Of a stretch of 64,000 nt of DNA, positions 1 through 10,594 are shown one piece after another. Each line of letters starts with the position of its first letter. Positions within the stretch are counted from its first letter, which is position 1. The stretch is from a virus (Duplodnaviria > Caudoviricetes), in IMG/VR virus record IMGVR_UViG_3300005239_000039, positions 17,625 to 81,624 of that record; one strand, written 5' to 3'. The notes beneath the pieces were generated by a model. That model was not told the DNA's origin. It did no database searches and saw nothing but the letters and a program-made list of their open reading frames with translations. The position numbers and the translations under genes were made by a program.

Positions 1-17
1 CTTCCTATAACTCAACG

Positions 18-25
18 TATAAATA
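18..25 (+). promoter_or_regulatory. T4-type (gp55) late promoter TATAAATA upstream of g8
   Basis: Exact TATAAATA 26 nt before the ATG at 52. Confidence 0.8.
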
Positions 26-51
26 AAAAAAATTCCTTTTAACAGGTAGTA

Positions 52-1614
52 ATGGCGGCTATTGTAACGGATCAGTTTAGAATCTTAAATGTCAATAATT
101 TTATTGATTCCGTTGAGAATTCTAATAATTCATATTATATCTTTACATCTCTACCAAATCCAACTTTACTTGTTGGGTATGGTAGAACATCTGATTGGAA
201 TACCAACACTGCTGGTCCTCCTAGTCCAATTGATAATTTTAATTACAGCAATCATGCTTATGATACGATGCTGTTTGGTAGAAAAATTACTCCTGCCAAT
301 ATTCGTAGAGTTATTAGAAGAGTTGATTGGGAACAAGGTAATGTATATGAACAATATCGTCATGACTATAGTGTAAATAATCTAACACCAACAACGGGAT
401 CAACCAGACTTTATGATGCAAGATATTATGTAATGAATTCTGATTTCAGAGTTTATATTTGTATTGAAAATGGAGCAGTGCCTTCAAATCCCTCTGGAAA
501 TTCATCCCAAGATGAACCAAATTTCACAGATCTAGAACCAACTAGGGCTGGTAATAGTGGTGACGGTTATGTTTGGAAGTATCTGTTTACAGTTGCCCCA
601 GCAGATATTATTAAATTTGACTCAACTGAATATATTACTTTGCCACCAAATTGGTTAACTAGCATTGATCCACAAATTTCAGTTATTCGTGATAATGGTG
701 ATTCTGAAATAAATAACAATCAGTTAAAAACAGTTTCAATTAAGAATGCTGGATTTGGTTATGGTCTAGGTCTTGATGTTGAACTAGATGTTCTTGGTGA
801 TGGAGTTGGAGGAAAAGTTGTTGTTTCCACTGATACTAGTGGAAGAATAACTAATGCTCAAATATCTGCTGGTGGTAAGGGATATAGTTACGGTGTTATT
901 GATCTTGGTCCTATTCAAAGTGGTAGTTTAACTGAATTTGCTGAATTAATTCCAATTATTCCACCATCTAAAGGTCATGGATATGACATATATAAAGAAC
1001 TTGGATCAGAAAAAGTTTTAGTTTACTCACGTTTTGATGATTCAACTAAAAACTTTCCAACAGATACTCAATTTGCACAAGTTGGTATTGTAAAAAATCC
1101 AACATCTCTTGGATCTACATCTAATTTTTCTTCTAATGACTTTAGTGCAACAGGTCAAATTAAAGTTGTAAATCCATCTGGCAGTTTAGTTGTTGGTAAT
1201 ACGATTAAGCAAATTGTAGGAACCACAACAGCTGTTGCATACGTTGCATCTTTTGATGAAGAAACAAATATAGTTAAATATATTCAAGATAGAACACTTT
1301 ACTTTAATAAGACCACTGGGACACAACGCGATTATATTGGTGTTACTTCTGAATCAAAATATGCTAATTTTGAATCATCTGCAGAATCTATCACAACAGA
1401 TGGTGGATTCTCAGCATCTGTTGACACCTCATTTACTGGAATTACAACAATCATTGGTAACAACGTTATCAATCTAGGAGTTAATTTTACAGATGGAATC
1501 GCAGACTCTCAGATAAATAAGAGGTCAGGTGAAATAATATATCTAGATAATAGGCCAACAATTGCGAGAAACTCTCGTCAAAAAGAAGACATTAAAGTAG
1601 TACTGGAATTCTGA
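52..1614 (+). CDS. g8: Baseplate wedge protein gp8
   Basis: 520 aa. N-term MAAIVTDQFRI, motifs WxxGxVYExYRHDY and DGYVWKYLFT, C-term YLDNR..R...QKEDIKVVLEF are typical of cyanomyophage gp8. Synteny fits. Confidence 0.85.
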   Translation: MAAIVTDQFRILNVNNFIDSVENSNNSYYIFTSLPNPTLLVGYGRTSDWNTNTAGPPSPIDNFNYSNHAYDTMLFGRKITPANIRRVIRRVDWEQGNVYEQYRHDYSVNNLTPTTGSTRLYDARYYVMNSDFRVYICIENGAVPSNPSGNSSQDEPNFTDLEPTRAGNSGDGYVWKYLFTVAPADIIKFDSTEYITLPPNWLTSIDPQISVIRDNGDSEINNNQLKTVSIKNAGFGYGLGLDVELDVLGDGVGGKVVVSTDTSGRITNAQISAGGKGYSYGVIDLGPIQSGSLTEFAELIPIIPPSKGHGYDIYKELGSEKVLVYSRFDDSTKNFPTDTQFAQVGIVKNPTSLGSTSNFSSNDFSATGQIKVVNPSGSLVVGNTIKQIVGTTTAVAYVASFDEETNIVKYIQDRTLYFNKTTGTQRDYIGVTSESKYANFESSAESITTDGGFSASVDTSFTGITTIIGNNVINLGVNFTDGIADSQINKRSGEIIYLDNRPTIARNSRQKEDIKVVLEF

Positions 1615-1618
1615 AACA

Positions 1619-4600
1619 ATGGCACAAAAGACAAATCTAAACACAACCCCATATTTTGACGATTTTAACGAAAACGATAATTTCTATAAGGTTCTGTTTA
1701 AGCCAGGGTTTCCAGTTCAGGCCCGAGAGTTAAATAATGCACAGTCTATTCTCCAAAATCAAATTGAACAATTTGGAGATCATTTTTTCAAGGATGGTTC
1801 TGTTGTAATTCCTGGTGGACTTACATACGATAGTGAATATTATGCGATAAAGATTAATCCAGAATATCTTGGTGTTTCAGTTTCAACATATGCTAAAAGT
1901 TTTATTGGCACGGAAATTTTAGGACAAACTTCTAGAGTAACTGCATCTGTTGTAAATGTACTATTTGAAGAAGACTCAATCGATAATCAACTGACATTAT
2001 ATGTCAAATATTTAAACTCTAGTGAAGATGGTGCTTTCTCAACATTTTCTGAAAGTGAACTCCTTCTTGGAGAAGAGGATGTAACTTATGGAAATACAAC
2101 TATTTCCCAGGGAGCTCCCTTTGCTCAGGTTGTTGCACAAGATGCAGCTTCTATTGGATCGGCAATTTCTATCGCTGATGGTGTTTATTTTATTCGTGGA
2201 TTCTTTGTAAACGTATCTGCACAAACTATTTTACTAGATCAATATACCAACACTCCAACATATAGAGTTGGTTTAGAAATTATTGAAACAACTGTAAATT
2301 CAAATGAGAATACAAAACTATTTGACAATGCCGCTGGATTTAATAATTTCTCAGCTCCTGGAGCAGATAGATTCAAGTTTGAATTACAACTTTCTAAAAA
2401 ATTATTAACTGATACAGATGACAAATCATTTGTAGAACTTTTAAGACTTGATGGTGGTGAACCCGATCAAGCAGAACCAAAAACTCAATATAATAAAATT
2501 AGAGATTATCTCGCAAAAAGAACGTATGAGGAATCTGGTGATTACGTTGTAGTCCCTATGGACCTCACTATGGATGAGTGTCTAAACGATGAACAGGGTA
2601 ATGATGGCGTCTATGAGCGTACTCAAACCACTAGAGATGGGAATATACCCTCAGACGATTTAATGTGCCTTACAGTAGGTCCTGGTAAGGCATATGTAAG
2701 TGGATATGACATTGATATAACTGGATCAAGAGTTATTGATATTCCCAAACCAAGAGCGACTAAGAAAGTTGATGATTCTTTAGTTTCATTTGATCTTGGT
2801 TCAATTCTATTAGTAGAAAATGTACATGGTACACCAGTAATCGGTCTTGATAAGGATTCCACTCATGTAATTGATCTTTATGATCAAAGAAGAAATAGTA
2901 CTACTGCTGGTACTGGTGAAAAAGTTGGTGAAGCTAGATTATATTCTTTTGCTCCAAGAAATTCATATTCCAATAATAATAGTAATTGGGAACTAAGATT
3001 ATATGATATTCAGACTTACACTGAATTGACTCTGAATGAGGTATATCAATACTCTAAAGGTACTTATTTCAAAGGAAATAGTAGTGGTGCTAGTGGATAT
3101 GCTGCTGAAGCTTGGTCAAGTGGTGATAAAGTAAAACTTCATCAAACTTCTGGAACTTTTGCTGAAGGTGAAACTATCAGTATTGATGGTACAAATGAAT
3201 TTCCAAGAACTATCAAAGATATAATAGTTTATGATATTAATTCAGTAAAATCTGTATATCAGGACGCATCAACTCTTGGTTTAACTGCTGATTTTGTTGC
3301 AGATACACTTCAGAGAGGTAGAGTCGCTCCTAGATTTACTAGAAGGGATACTATTCAAGTTTCTGCTGCAGGAACTGTAACTTCTCCAGGTAATAAGTTT
3401 ACTGGAATTGCAACTAATTCAATTATTAGATATCAAAATCCAGAATATGATAGAGTTGTATTCAACCGTGTAAGTGCAGTTGCTGCTGATGGAAATTCAA
3501 TGACAGTTGTGGCCGTACCAACGGTCGCTGGTGTTGTTACTGGAACTCTACCATCTAGCACAATTGAAACTGGATTTAGAATTGGCGAGACAAGATTTGA
3601 TCAAGGTGATAATGGGGGATCATTATTTTTACCATTAGATCAGGTAAATATTGCATCCGTTGATATTTCTAAATCAAATCTTACAATTTATGAGCAAATA
3701 CTTGCACAATCAACAAATACCTTAGGTGAAATGTCCATCAACATTAGTAATGTTGGTGTAACAAGTTCATTTTTTGATGCCTTTGATGGTGAAAGATATG
3801 TAATAACATATTCAGATGGATCTACCGAAAACCTGAGATCTGAACAGGTTACAATTAATAATGATGGAACTATTGTCTCTTTTACAGGTCTAAACAAAAG
3901 TGAAAGTAATGTTACTGTTCTGGTAACAGCTAAAAAGAAAGGATTGCAATCAAAATTAAAAGAGTGGACAAGAAGTACAAAACTAACTGTAGACAAGTCT
4001 AAATTAAGGAGTTCTGGAATCACTACAGGAACAGTGAATGGAATGACCCATAACGCTTTCTATGGACTTAGAGTTGAAGACGAAGAAATTTCACTGAATT
4101 ATCCCGATGTTGCTCAAATTCTTGCTGTATATGAATCAAAAACATCAGTAGCTCCAACATTAGATGCATTGACATTTGAAACTGGACTTGGATTGGACAC
4201 CAACTCAATTGTTGGAGAATATCTTCTTGGACCCAATAATACTGCTGTAGCACAAATAATTACAAGAGTATCACCAATTAAAGTTGAAGTTGTATATCTG
4301 AATGATGAGAGATTCTCTGTGGGCGAAACTCTCACATTTCAAGAATCTAGAATTGAAGCAACTATTCAGTCAGTCCTTGATGGTAGGTATGTAGATCTAA
4401 CTGAGCAATATGTTCTTGATGATGGTCAAAGACCAGATTTCTCTGATTATTCAAGATTGGTTAGAGTTGAAAATAAAGTTCCAACAAAACAATTGTTAGT
4501 TATTTTCAATCATTATACTATCCCAGATAGTGATGATGGTGATGCTTTTACTGTATTATCTTACGGTGCAGATAGATTCAAGAATGATATACCAGATATT

Positions 4601-7600
4601 TTTGAACCAAATAATTTCAATCAATTTAGTTTTGCGAGAGCGTCAGATACATTAGACTTTAGACCAAGAGTTGCTCCTTTCGGAACTGAAGCTGGAAAAT
4701 CACCATTTGATTATGATTCTAGAGATTTCTCAGGTACTGGTTCTTCTTCACCATTGATTCCAAAAGACTCTGAAAGTTCTTTCCTTAGTTATGAGTATTA
4801 TTTGGGTAGAATGGATAGAATCATTCTAACTCCAGAGGGTGAAATTGAAGTTGTTACGGGTACTCCATCTGACGATCCACAAGTACCTTCAGTTGTCGAA
4901 GACTCTATGACTTTGGCAACATTGGAGTCTCCACCATATGTTTATGACATTGAAGATACTGAACTAACTCTCGTTGATAATAAGCGTTTCACAATGAGAG
5001 ATATCGGTGCTCTTGAAGATAGAATTGAAAATCTTGAAGATACCGTGTCTCTTTCAATACTTGAAAATGATACCAGATCTTTACAAATTACAGATGCTGA
5101 TGGGTTGAACAGATTCAAAACTGGGTTCTTTGCTGATGATTTCACAAATGATGACTTATTCGATGAAGAATTAACAACAATGGTTGTGGATCCTGGTATC
5201 GAACAACTTTCATGTGAAGCTTTCCAAGTATCTTTAACTCCACAGTTGCAGTATCAAAAACAAAATGATGTTAATACTCTAGATCTATCATCTAATGATC
5301 CATTGTTAGATACAAATTGTCAAAAAACAGGAAATGTTGTAAGTCTAAAATATGAAGAGATTGAATATCTAAAGCAAGCATTTGCAACTAGAGTTGAGAA
5401 TGTAAACCCATTCAGTGTTATTGATTATATTGGTACTATTAAATTAGAACCAGCACAAGATACTTGGACAGAAACTAGGGTTAAGAATAAAAAGGTAGTT
5501 AAGAAAAAGTTCAAGACTGTAAACAAAAAAAGTACAAACGTTGTTAATAAATTCAAGGTTGGAAAACCAAAAAATGGTCCGTCTTCAATGAAGACTACGA
5601 CCAAGAAGAAAACAAAAGTATCAAAGTCAAAAGATACTAAAATTACCAACGTTTCTACAAAAATTAAGTCAAAGACTAGTCAAGCTAAGTATATGAGACG
5701 TAGAAACGTCTCATTCTTTGCTGAAACATTGAAACCTTTTACAAGATATTATGGTTTCTATGATGGATCCAAAAAAGTAAGAGTTCTTCCCAAATTGGTA
5801 GAAATTGACAATGTTCAAGGATCTTTCCAAGTTGGCGAAATTTGCGAAATTTGGAATAGAAGATCTCTAAAATTTGTTGATGGTGTAGGTAATCTAAACG
5901 TTGAAGATAAGTTTGATGACGTTGTAGATGATCCTAAGGGTAAGAAGTTTAGGAAGGCTCGTAGAAGAGCTGTTGTTAGACTTGCTCAACCAAATCACAA
6001 GTCTGGAGAGATTAAAAACCCAGACCAGGTATATACTTTTAATCCATATGATAGAGATCAAGACATTAGTAAGTTAACCACTTACAATAGTTCTTCTACA
6101 TTTTTGAATTTAGATACACTTGGAATGTCTCGTCAACAACAAGGTAAGTTCTTTGGAAACTTCTGGTCAAATTTTGTAATTATCGGTAGAACCAGTGGTG
6201 CAGTTGCACAAGTACAACGAAAGAGGTTGATAAGTGATGGTGTTGGAAGTTTGTATGGAAACATTGCATTTGCTGGCCCAAAAAATAAGAATAGAAGATT
6301 TAAGACAGGAACCAAAATATTCAAAATAACTAATGATAATAAGGATACAGATCCGTTACCTGGAGCACTCACGCATTCTGATGCAGAAACTCCATTCACC
6401 TCTTCAGGGACAATTATCAGAACTACATTAACAACAACAATCAAAAAACTGGTAACAACCACGAAGAATGCGGTTACGACTGTAACTAAAACTAATGTCT
6501 TTAGGATGCAAAAGCTTCCACCTCCACAAATTATTGTGCGGCAGACCATCATTAATAGAACTATTATTAGAAGAGTAAGAAGGAGAGATCCTCTAGCACA
6601 GTCATTCACAACAGATAAGAAAGGTGCATTCATTTCTTCTGTTGACATTTATATGGCAACAAAAGACAACAAAGCACCATTGACTGTTGAATTGAGAACA
6701 ATTCAATTAGGTCTACCAACACTACAACTTGTTTCTCAAGAAGCACAAGTTGTTCTTCAACCATCACAAGTGAATATTTCTGATGATGCTAGTGTTGCTA
6801 CTAGAGTTACTTTCTCAGCACCAATTCCTGTTGAACCAGAAACTGAATATTGTATTGTACTTCTAGCACCAACTTCGGTCAAGTATAATGCCTGGATTGC
6901 AAAACTTGGAGAGAAAACTATAAACACTGCAGAACTATCTGGGCCTGAATCTCAGCAATATACTAGACAGTATGGTGCTGGTTCACTGTATAAGTCACAG
7001 AACGGTTCTATTTGGACACCATGTCAATTTGAAGACATGAAGTTCCGAGTTAATAAGTGTAAGTTTTTAGCTGAGAATGGAACTGTTACATTCCATAATC
7101 CAGATATTGATAGAGACGGTGATCTACTTCCTGACATGCCAGAAGATCCAATTAAATCTCTACCAAGAAATCTTGATGTTGGTATTACAACTGTATTGAC
7201 ACAAGGGATGAAGGATATTCTACAGATTGGTAGAAAGGTCGGAACTGGATCACTTGTTACTGGTGTAATTGGTAATGTTGGTGGAACTATCCAATCTATT
7301 AAAGCTAATTTGCCTGGTATTGGATATTCTAATGGTACTTACAATAATGTAAACTTCTTCTCATTATCTGGTGATGGATCTGGAGCAACAGGTTCAGTAA
7401 CAATTGCTGATGGTATTTTATCTTCAGCGTCAATTGCAAATACTGGAACTGGTTATATTGCTGGTGAATCTCTTGGTATTACCACAGCAGATGTGACTAA
7501 AGGAACTGGGGCTCAGATATCAATTTCTGATATCAATGGTGTTGATACACTATATCTTACAAATGTTCGTGGTGAACATCTTACTGTTGATGACCCACTA

Positions 7601-9013
7601 GTTTACTATGATAATAGTGGAAATGCACAAACTTTGAATACTGGTGTTACAACAGCAGTTAGAACTTCAATTATTTCTGATGAATTATATTCAGGTAATG
7701 TAATTGAAATTCTTCATCCAAGTCATGCACTAAAAGATATTCGCAATCTTGTTGATATCTATAACGTAGATCCAACAAGAATTCCTTCAGAATTAAATCA
7801 AGATATTAACGCCACTGTAACATCTATTGGAGTTGCTGACACTTCACCTTATGGAACATTCCAAGGTGTATCTACTTCTGCTGGATATGTATTGGTTGAT
7901 AATGAAGTCATGTATTACAATAGCATTGGTAATGGTACTCTTGGAATAGCCACAAGAGGTGCAGAAGGAACCACGGCCGTTAGACATGCATCTGGAGACG
8001 AAGTGTATCCATATGAATTCAATGGCGTTTCACTGACTCAAATCAATAAAGTTCATAATATTCCTGCCGCAGTAGTTTTCCAAGCAAATAAAACTATTGA
8101 TACTTACTATGTAGAAATTGACAGGGGGAATAGAAGAGATGGTCCAAACATGTTGAATTTTGAGAGTGAATTTATTGCTGGTGGTGATGAAGTATTTGCT
8201 TCTGGTAATATTCAGTATGACAGACTAAATACCAGACTTGATATTGTTACTCCTAAGAGAACCAGAATTAAAACTCGCGTGAGAACAGTTTCTGGAACTA
8301 GTGCTGGTGGTGTTGAACCATCTTTTGTTGATCAAGGATTCGTGTCAGCTGAACCAAATGCAACTATATTGTTTAGTAGACCTCAAATGGTTTGTTCAAA
8401 AGTAAATGAAGATGCAAATGTAACAGGTCTGCCAAGAAACAAATCACTTACAGTTGAAATTGATCTTCAGAGTAGAGATTCTAATTATTCTCCATTCATC
8501 TATCTTGATAACTGCACTATTGACTTTGATAGATCTAGAATTGACAACCCAATCAGTGATTATACGACTGATTCCAGAGTAAATTCCTTAGAAGATGATC
8601 CTCATGCTGCAATATATGTTTCTGAAAGGATTGACCTGAAAAACCCTGCAACTTCACTTAAGTTGTTGACAGCAGCTTATGTTGATTCCACTGCAGACAT
8701 CAGAGCACTTTTCAGAACATTCCCAGTTGATAGTGGAAACACAGAACCAGCATTTGTTCTATTCCCTGGATTTGATAACTTAACTGATACTGATGGTGAT
8801 AATTTTGGTGATGAAATCATAGATCCAACTAAAAATTCTGGTAAACCAGATCAACAGGTTATTCCTGTTATATCCGATGAAATGAGAGAGTATCAATTTA
8901 GTATTGATGAGTTACCACCATTTACTGCATATCAGATAAAGATTGTGTTTAGTGGAACAAATGAGTGTCTTGCTCCTAGAATGAATGATCTCAGAACCAT
9001 TGCATTAGCATAA
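1619..9013 (+). CDS. Large virion structural protein, DUF4815/VrlC-like (baseplate/tail-associated)
   Basis: 2464 aa. N-term PYFDDF...YKVLFKPGFPVQARELN..QSILQNQ is characteristic of this family. Follows g8 as in cyanomyophages. Confidence 0.75.
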   Translation: MAQKTNLNTTPYFDDFNENDNFYKVLFKPGFPVQARELNNAQSILQNQIEQFGDHFFKDGSVVIPGGLTYDSEYYAIKINPEYLGVSVSTYAKSFIGTEILGQTSRVTASVVNVLFEEDSIDNQLTLYVKYLNSSEDGAFSTFSESELLLGEEDVTYGNTTISQGAPFAQVVAQDAASIGSAISIADGVYFIRGFFVNVSAQTILLDQYTNTPTYRVGLEIIETTVNSNENTKLFDNAAGFNNFSAPGADRFKFELQLSKKLLTDTDDKSFVELLRLDGGEPDQAEPKTQYNKIRDYLAKRTYEESGDYVVVPMDLTMDECLNDEQGNDGVYERTQTTRDGNIPSDDLMCLTVGPGKAYVSGYDIDITGSRVIDIPKPRATKKVDDSLVSFDLGSILLVENVHGTPVIGLDKDSTHVIDLYDQRRNSTTAGTGEKVGEARLYSFAPRNSYSNNNSNWELRLYDIQTYTELTLNEVYQYSKGTYFKGNSSGASGYAAEAWSSGDKVKLHQTSGTFAEGETISIDGTNEFPRTIKDIIVYDINSVKSVYQDASTLGLTADFVADTLQRGRVAPRFTRRDTIQVSAAGTVTSPGNKFTGIATNSIIRYQNPEYDRVVFNRVSAVAADGNSMTVVAVPTVAGVVTGTLPSSTIETGFRIGETRFDQGDNGGSLFLPLDQVNIASVDISKSNLTIYEQILAQSTNTLGEMSINISNVGVTSSFFDAFDGERYVITYSDGSTENLRSEQVTINNDGTIVSFTGLNKSESNVTVLVTAKKKGLQSKLKEWTRSTKLTVDKSKLRSSGITTGTVNGMTHNAFYGLRVEDEEISLNYPDVAQILAVYESKTSVAPTLDALTFETGLGLDTNSIVGEYLLGPNNTAVAQIITRVSPIKVEVVYLNDERFSVGETLTFQESRIEATIQSVLDGRYVDLTEQYVLDDGQRPDFSDYSRLVRVENKVPTKQLLVIFNHYTIPDSDDGDAFTVLSYGADRFKNDIPDIFEPNNFNQFSFARASDTLDFRPRVAPFGTEAGKSPFDYDSRDFSGTGSSSPLIPKDSESSFLSYEYYLGRMDRIILTPEGEIEVVTGTPSDDPQVPSVVEDSMTLATLESPPYVYDIEDTELTLVDNKRFTMRDIGALEDRIENLEDTVSLSILENDTRSLQITDADGLNRFKTGFFADDFTNDDLFDEELTTMVVDPGIEQLSCEAFQVSLTPQLQYQKQNDVNTLDLSSNDPLLDTNCQKTGNVVSLKYEEIEYLKQAFATRVENVNPFSVIDYIGTIKLEPAQDTWTETRVKNKKVVKKKFKTVNKKSTNVVNKFKVGKPKNGPSSMKTTTKKKTKVSKSKDTKITNVSTKIKSKTSQAKYMRRRNVSFFAETLKPFTRYYGFYDGSKKVRVLPKLVEIDNVQGSFQVGEICEIWNRRSLKFVDGVGNLNVEDKFDDVVDDPKGKKFRKARRRAVVRLAQPNHKSGEIKNPDQVYTFNPYDRDQDISKLTTYNSSSTFLNLDTLGMSRQQQGKFFGNFWSNFVIIGRTSGAVAQVQRKRLISDGVGSLYGNIAFAGPKNKNRRFKTGTKIFKITNDNKDTDPLPGALTHSDAETPFTSSGTIIRTTLTTTIKKLVTTTKNAVTTVTKTNVFRMQKLPPPQIIVRQTIINRTIIRRVRRRDPLAQSFTTDKKGAFISSVDIYMATKDNKAPLTVELRTIQLGLPTLQLVSQEAQVVLQPSQVNISDDASVATRVTFSAPIPVEPETEYCIVLLAPTSVKYNAWIAKLGEKTINTAELSGPESQQYTRQYGAGSLYKSQNGSIWTPCQFEDMKFRVNKCKFLAENGTVTFHNPDIDRDGDLLPDMPEDPIKSLPRNLDVGITTVLTQGMKDILQIGRKVGTGSLVTGVIGNVGGTIQSIKANLPGIGYSNGTYNNVNFFSLSGDGSGATGSVTIADGILSSASIANTGTGYIAGESLGITTADVTKGTGAQISISDINGVDTLYLTNVRGEHLTVDDPLVYYDNSGNAQTLNTGVTTAVRTSIISDELYSGNVIEILHPSHALKDIRNLVDIYNVDPTRIPSELNQDINATVTSIGVADTSPYGTFQGVSTSAGYVLVDNEVMYYNSIGNGTLGIATRGAEGTTAVRHASGDEVYPYEFNGVSLTQINKVHNIPAAVVFQANKTIDTYYVEIDRGNRRDGPNMLNFESEFIAGGDEVFASGNIQYDRLNTRLDIVTPKRTRIKTRVRTVSGTSAGGVEPSFVDQGFVSAEPNATILFSRPQMVCSKVNEDANVTGLPRNKSLTVEIDLQSRDSNYSPFIYLDNCTIDFDRSRIDNPISDYTTDSRVNSLEDDPHAAIYVSERIDLKNPATSLKLLTAAYVDSTADIRALFRTFPVDSGNTEPAFVLFPGFDNLTDTDGDNFGDEIIDPTKNSGKPDQQVIPVISDEMREYQFSIDELPPFTAYQIKIVFSGTNECLAPRMNDLRTIALA

Positions 9014-9014
9014 A

Positions 9015-9227
9015 ATGTCGGAATATATTAAAGTAGATCAAGACTCCAGTTTGTATAAAAATATGCACACTGGAGCAGTGATCAATATTGATGATCAAGG
9101 GTATGAAAATTACATGAGAATGAAAAGAAAAAAAGAAAGGAAAGATGAAGAGATTGATCAACTTAAAGATGAACTCTCTGAAATAAAGGGACTATTGAAG
9201 ACTCTCATTGAAAATAATAATAAATAG
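9015..9227 (+). CDS. Hypothetical small coiled-coil protein
   Basis: 70 aa ORF abutting the upstream stop. C-terminal heptads (EIDQLKDELSEIKGLL). Confidence 0.7.
   Translation: MSEYIKVDQDSSLYKNMHTGAVINIDDQGYENYMRMKRKKERKDEEIDQLKDELSEIKGLLKTLIENNNK
9220..9226 (+). promoter_or_regulatory. Late promoter-like ATAAATA
   Basis: ATAAATA 26 nt upstream of the ATG at 9253. Confidence 0.6.
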
Positions 9228-9252
9228 TCAAGAGCCCTGATGAACTTGTAAG

Positions 9253-9609
9253 ATGGCAGTATATTCACACAACTTGATTATCAATCAAGGTGCTGATTTT
9301 ACTAAAAATTTCACCATTGAAGATGCGTCAACAAACTCACCCAAGAGTTTGGTTGGATATGCTGTTAGTGCTCAATTAAGAAAGACTCCAACGTCATCTT
9401 CAAAACACACTTTCATTTCAACAGTGACAAGTGATAGTGGTGGAAATGTTCGTATTTCTTTAGGTGCAACAGAAACATCTGCCATAAAAAGTGGTAGATA
9501 TGTTTATGATGTTGTAATTAATAGTGGAATAGACACTGTGAGTGGTATTTCTACAACACTTAGAGTTGTTCAAGGTTCCGCGATTGTTAATCCTGGAATT
9601 ACCCGATAA
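9253..9609 (+). CDS. Conserved cyanophage structural protein (BppU-like Ig fold suspected)
   Basis: 118 aa with NLIINQGADF and GRYVYDVVI motifs. Upstream of g13. Confidence 0.6.
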   Translation: MAVYSHNLIINQGADFTKNFTIEDASTNSPKSLVGYAVSAQLRKTPTSSSKHTFISTVTSDSGGNVRISLGATETSAIKSGRYVYDVVINSGIDTVSGISTTLRVVQGSAIVNPGITR

Positions 9610-9743
9610 TGGCTGGAATAACTACAGTCACAACTGAGGATAACTCTACTGCAACTACAGTTTTATTAAATAATAGGACTGATAAATCAGTTTCATCTCT
9701 TGATGATACCAGCAAATCCGTAAAAATTTTACTGAATAATTAA
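9609..9743 (+). CDS. Hypothetical 44-aa protein (not in the ORF track)
   Basis: ATG overlaps the upstream TAA (TAATG). Reads MAGITTVTTEDNSTATTVLLNNRTDKSVSSLDDTSKSVKILLNN*. Fills the gap to g13. Confidence 0.5.
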   Translation: MAGITTVTTEDNSTATTVLLNNRTDKSVSSLDDTSKSVKILLNN

Positions 9744-9754
9744 TTTGGAGTAAA

Positions 9755-10594
9755 ATGGCATCACCATCTACAAGACAAGAATTAATAGATTACTCTCTAC
9801 GAAAACTTGGTGCGCCAGTTTTAGAAATCAACGTAGATGATGACCAGATAGACGATTTGGTTGATGATAGTATTCAATATTTTCAAGAGCGTCATTATGA
9901 CGGATCTCAAAAAACGTATCTAAAATATCAAATTACACAAGATGATATTGATAGGGGAAGGGGTCCAGGTAGCTCTGCAAGCAGTGGAATTTCAACTACA
10001 ACAGTAGCAGATTCTGTTGGAGTAACAACACAATTTTCATATGAAGAGAATAATAACTATATCAAAGTACCAGATTTTGTTATAGGAATCAATAAAATTT
10101 TCAAATTTGACACTAGTTCTATTTCTGGTGGCATGTTTAGTATTAAATATCAACTATTTTTAAATGATCTTTACTTTTTTAGTAGTGTTGATCTACTAAA
10201 TTATTCAATGACAAAAAGATATCTAGAAGATATTGATTTCTTATTAACTACCGACAAGCAAATTAGATTTTCAAAGAGATCTGGCAGATTATATCTAGAT
10301 ATTGATTGGACTGCTCAGACAGCTGGGGATTATCTTGTTATTGAATGTATTCGTGCTTTGAATCCATCAGATTTTAATGAAATATTTAATGATACTTGGG
10401 TAAAAAGATACACGACTGCTTTAATTAAAAGACAGTGGGGTGCGAACATGATGAAATTTAGTGGAACCAAACTACCTGGAGGTGTTGAACTTAACGGTAG
10501 ACAATATTATGAAGATGGAAATTCAGAAATAAGAGAAATAGAAGATAAGATGGCTAGTTATTATGAACTACCTCCCATGGACATGATAGGATAA
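9755..10594 (+). CDS. g13: Neck protein gp13
   Basis: SD GGAG. Motifs LRKLGAPVLEINVDDDQ and KRQWGANMMKF.G.KLPGGVELNG. Synteny fits. Confidence 0.9.
   Translation: MASPSTRQELIDYSLRKLGAPVLEINVDDDQIDDLVDDSIQYFQERHYDGSQKTYLKYQITQDDIDRGRGPGSSASSGISTTTVADSVGVTTQFSYEENNNYIKVPDFVIGINKIFKFDTSSISGGMFSIKYQLFLNDLYFFSSVDLLNYSMTKRYLEDIDFLLTTDKQIRFSKRSGRLYLDIDWTAQTAGDYLVIECIRALNPSDFNEIFNDTWVKRYTTALIKRQWGANMMKFSGTKLPGGVELNGRQYYEDGNSEIREIEDKMASYYELPPMDMIG

Noticed and set aside
6133-6648. Long minus-strand ORFs (also 38791-39270, 39433-39963, 50082-50642, 53001-53438, 57150-57542, 58136-58579)
   Set aside because: All lie antisense to well-supported + strand genes and lack motifs or an SD. Their hydrophobic composition mirrors K/T-rich sense codons, so they are shadow ORFs.
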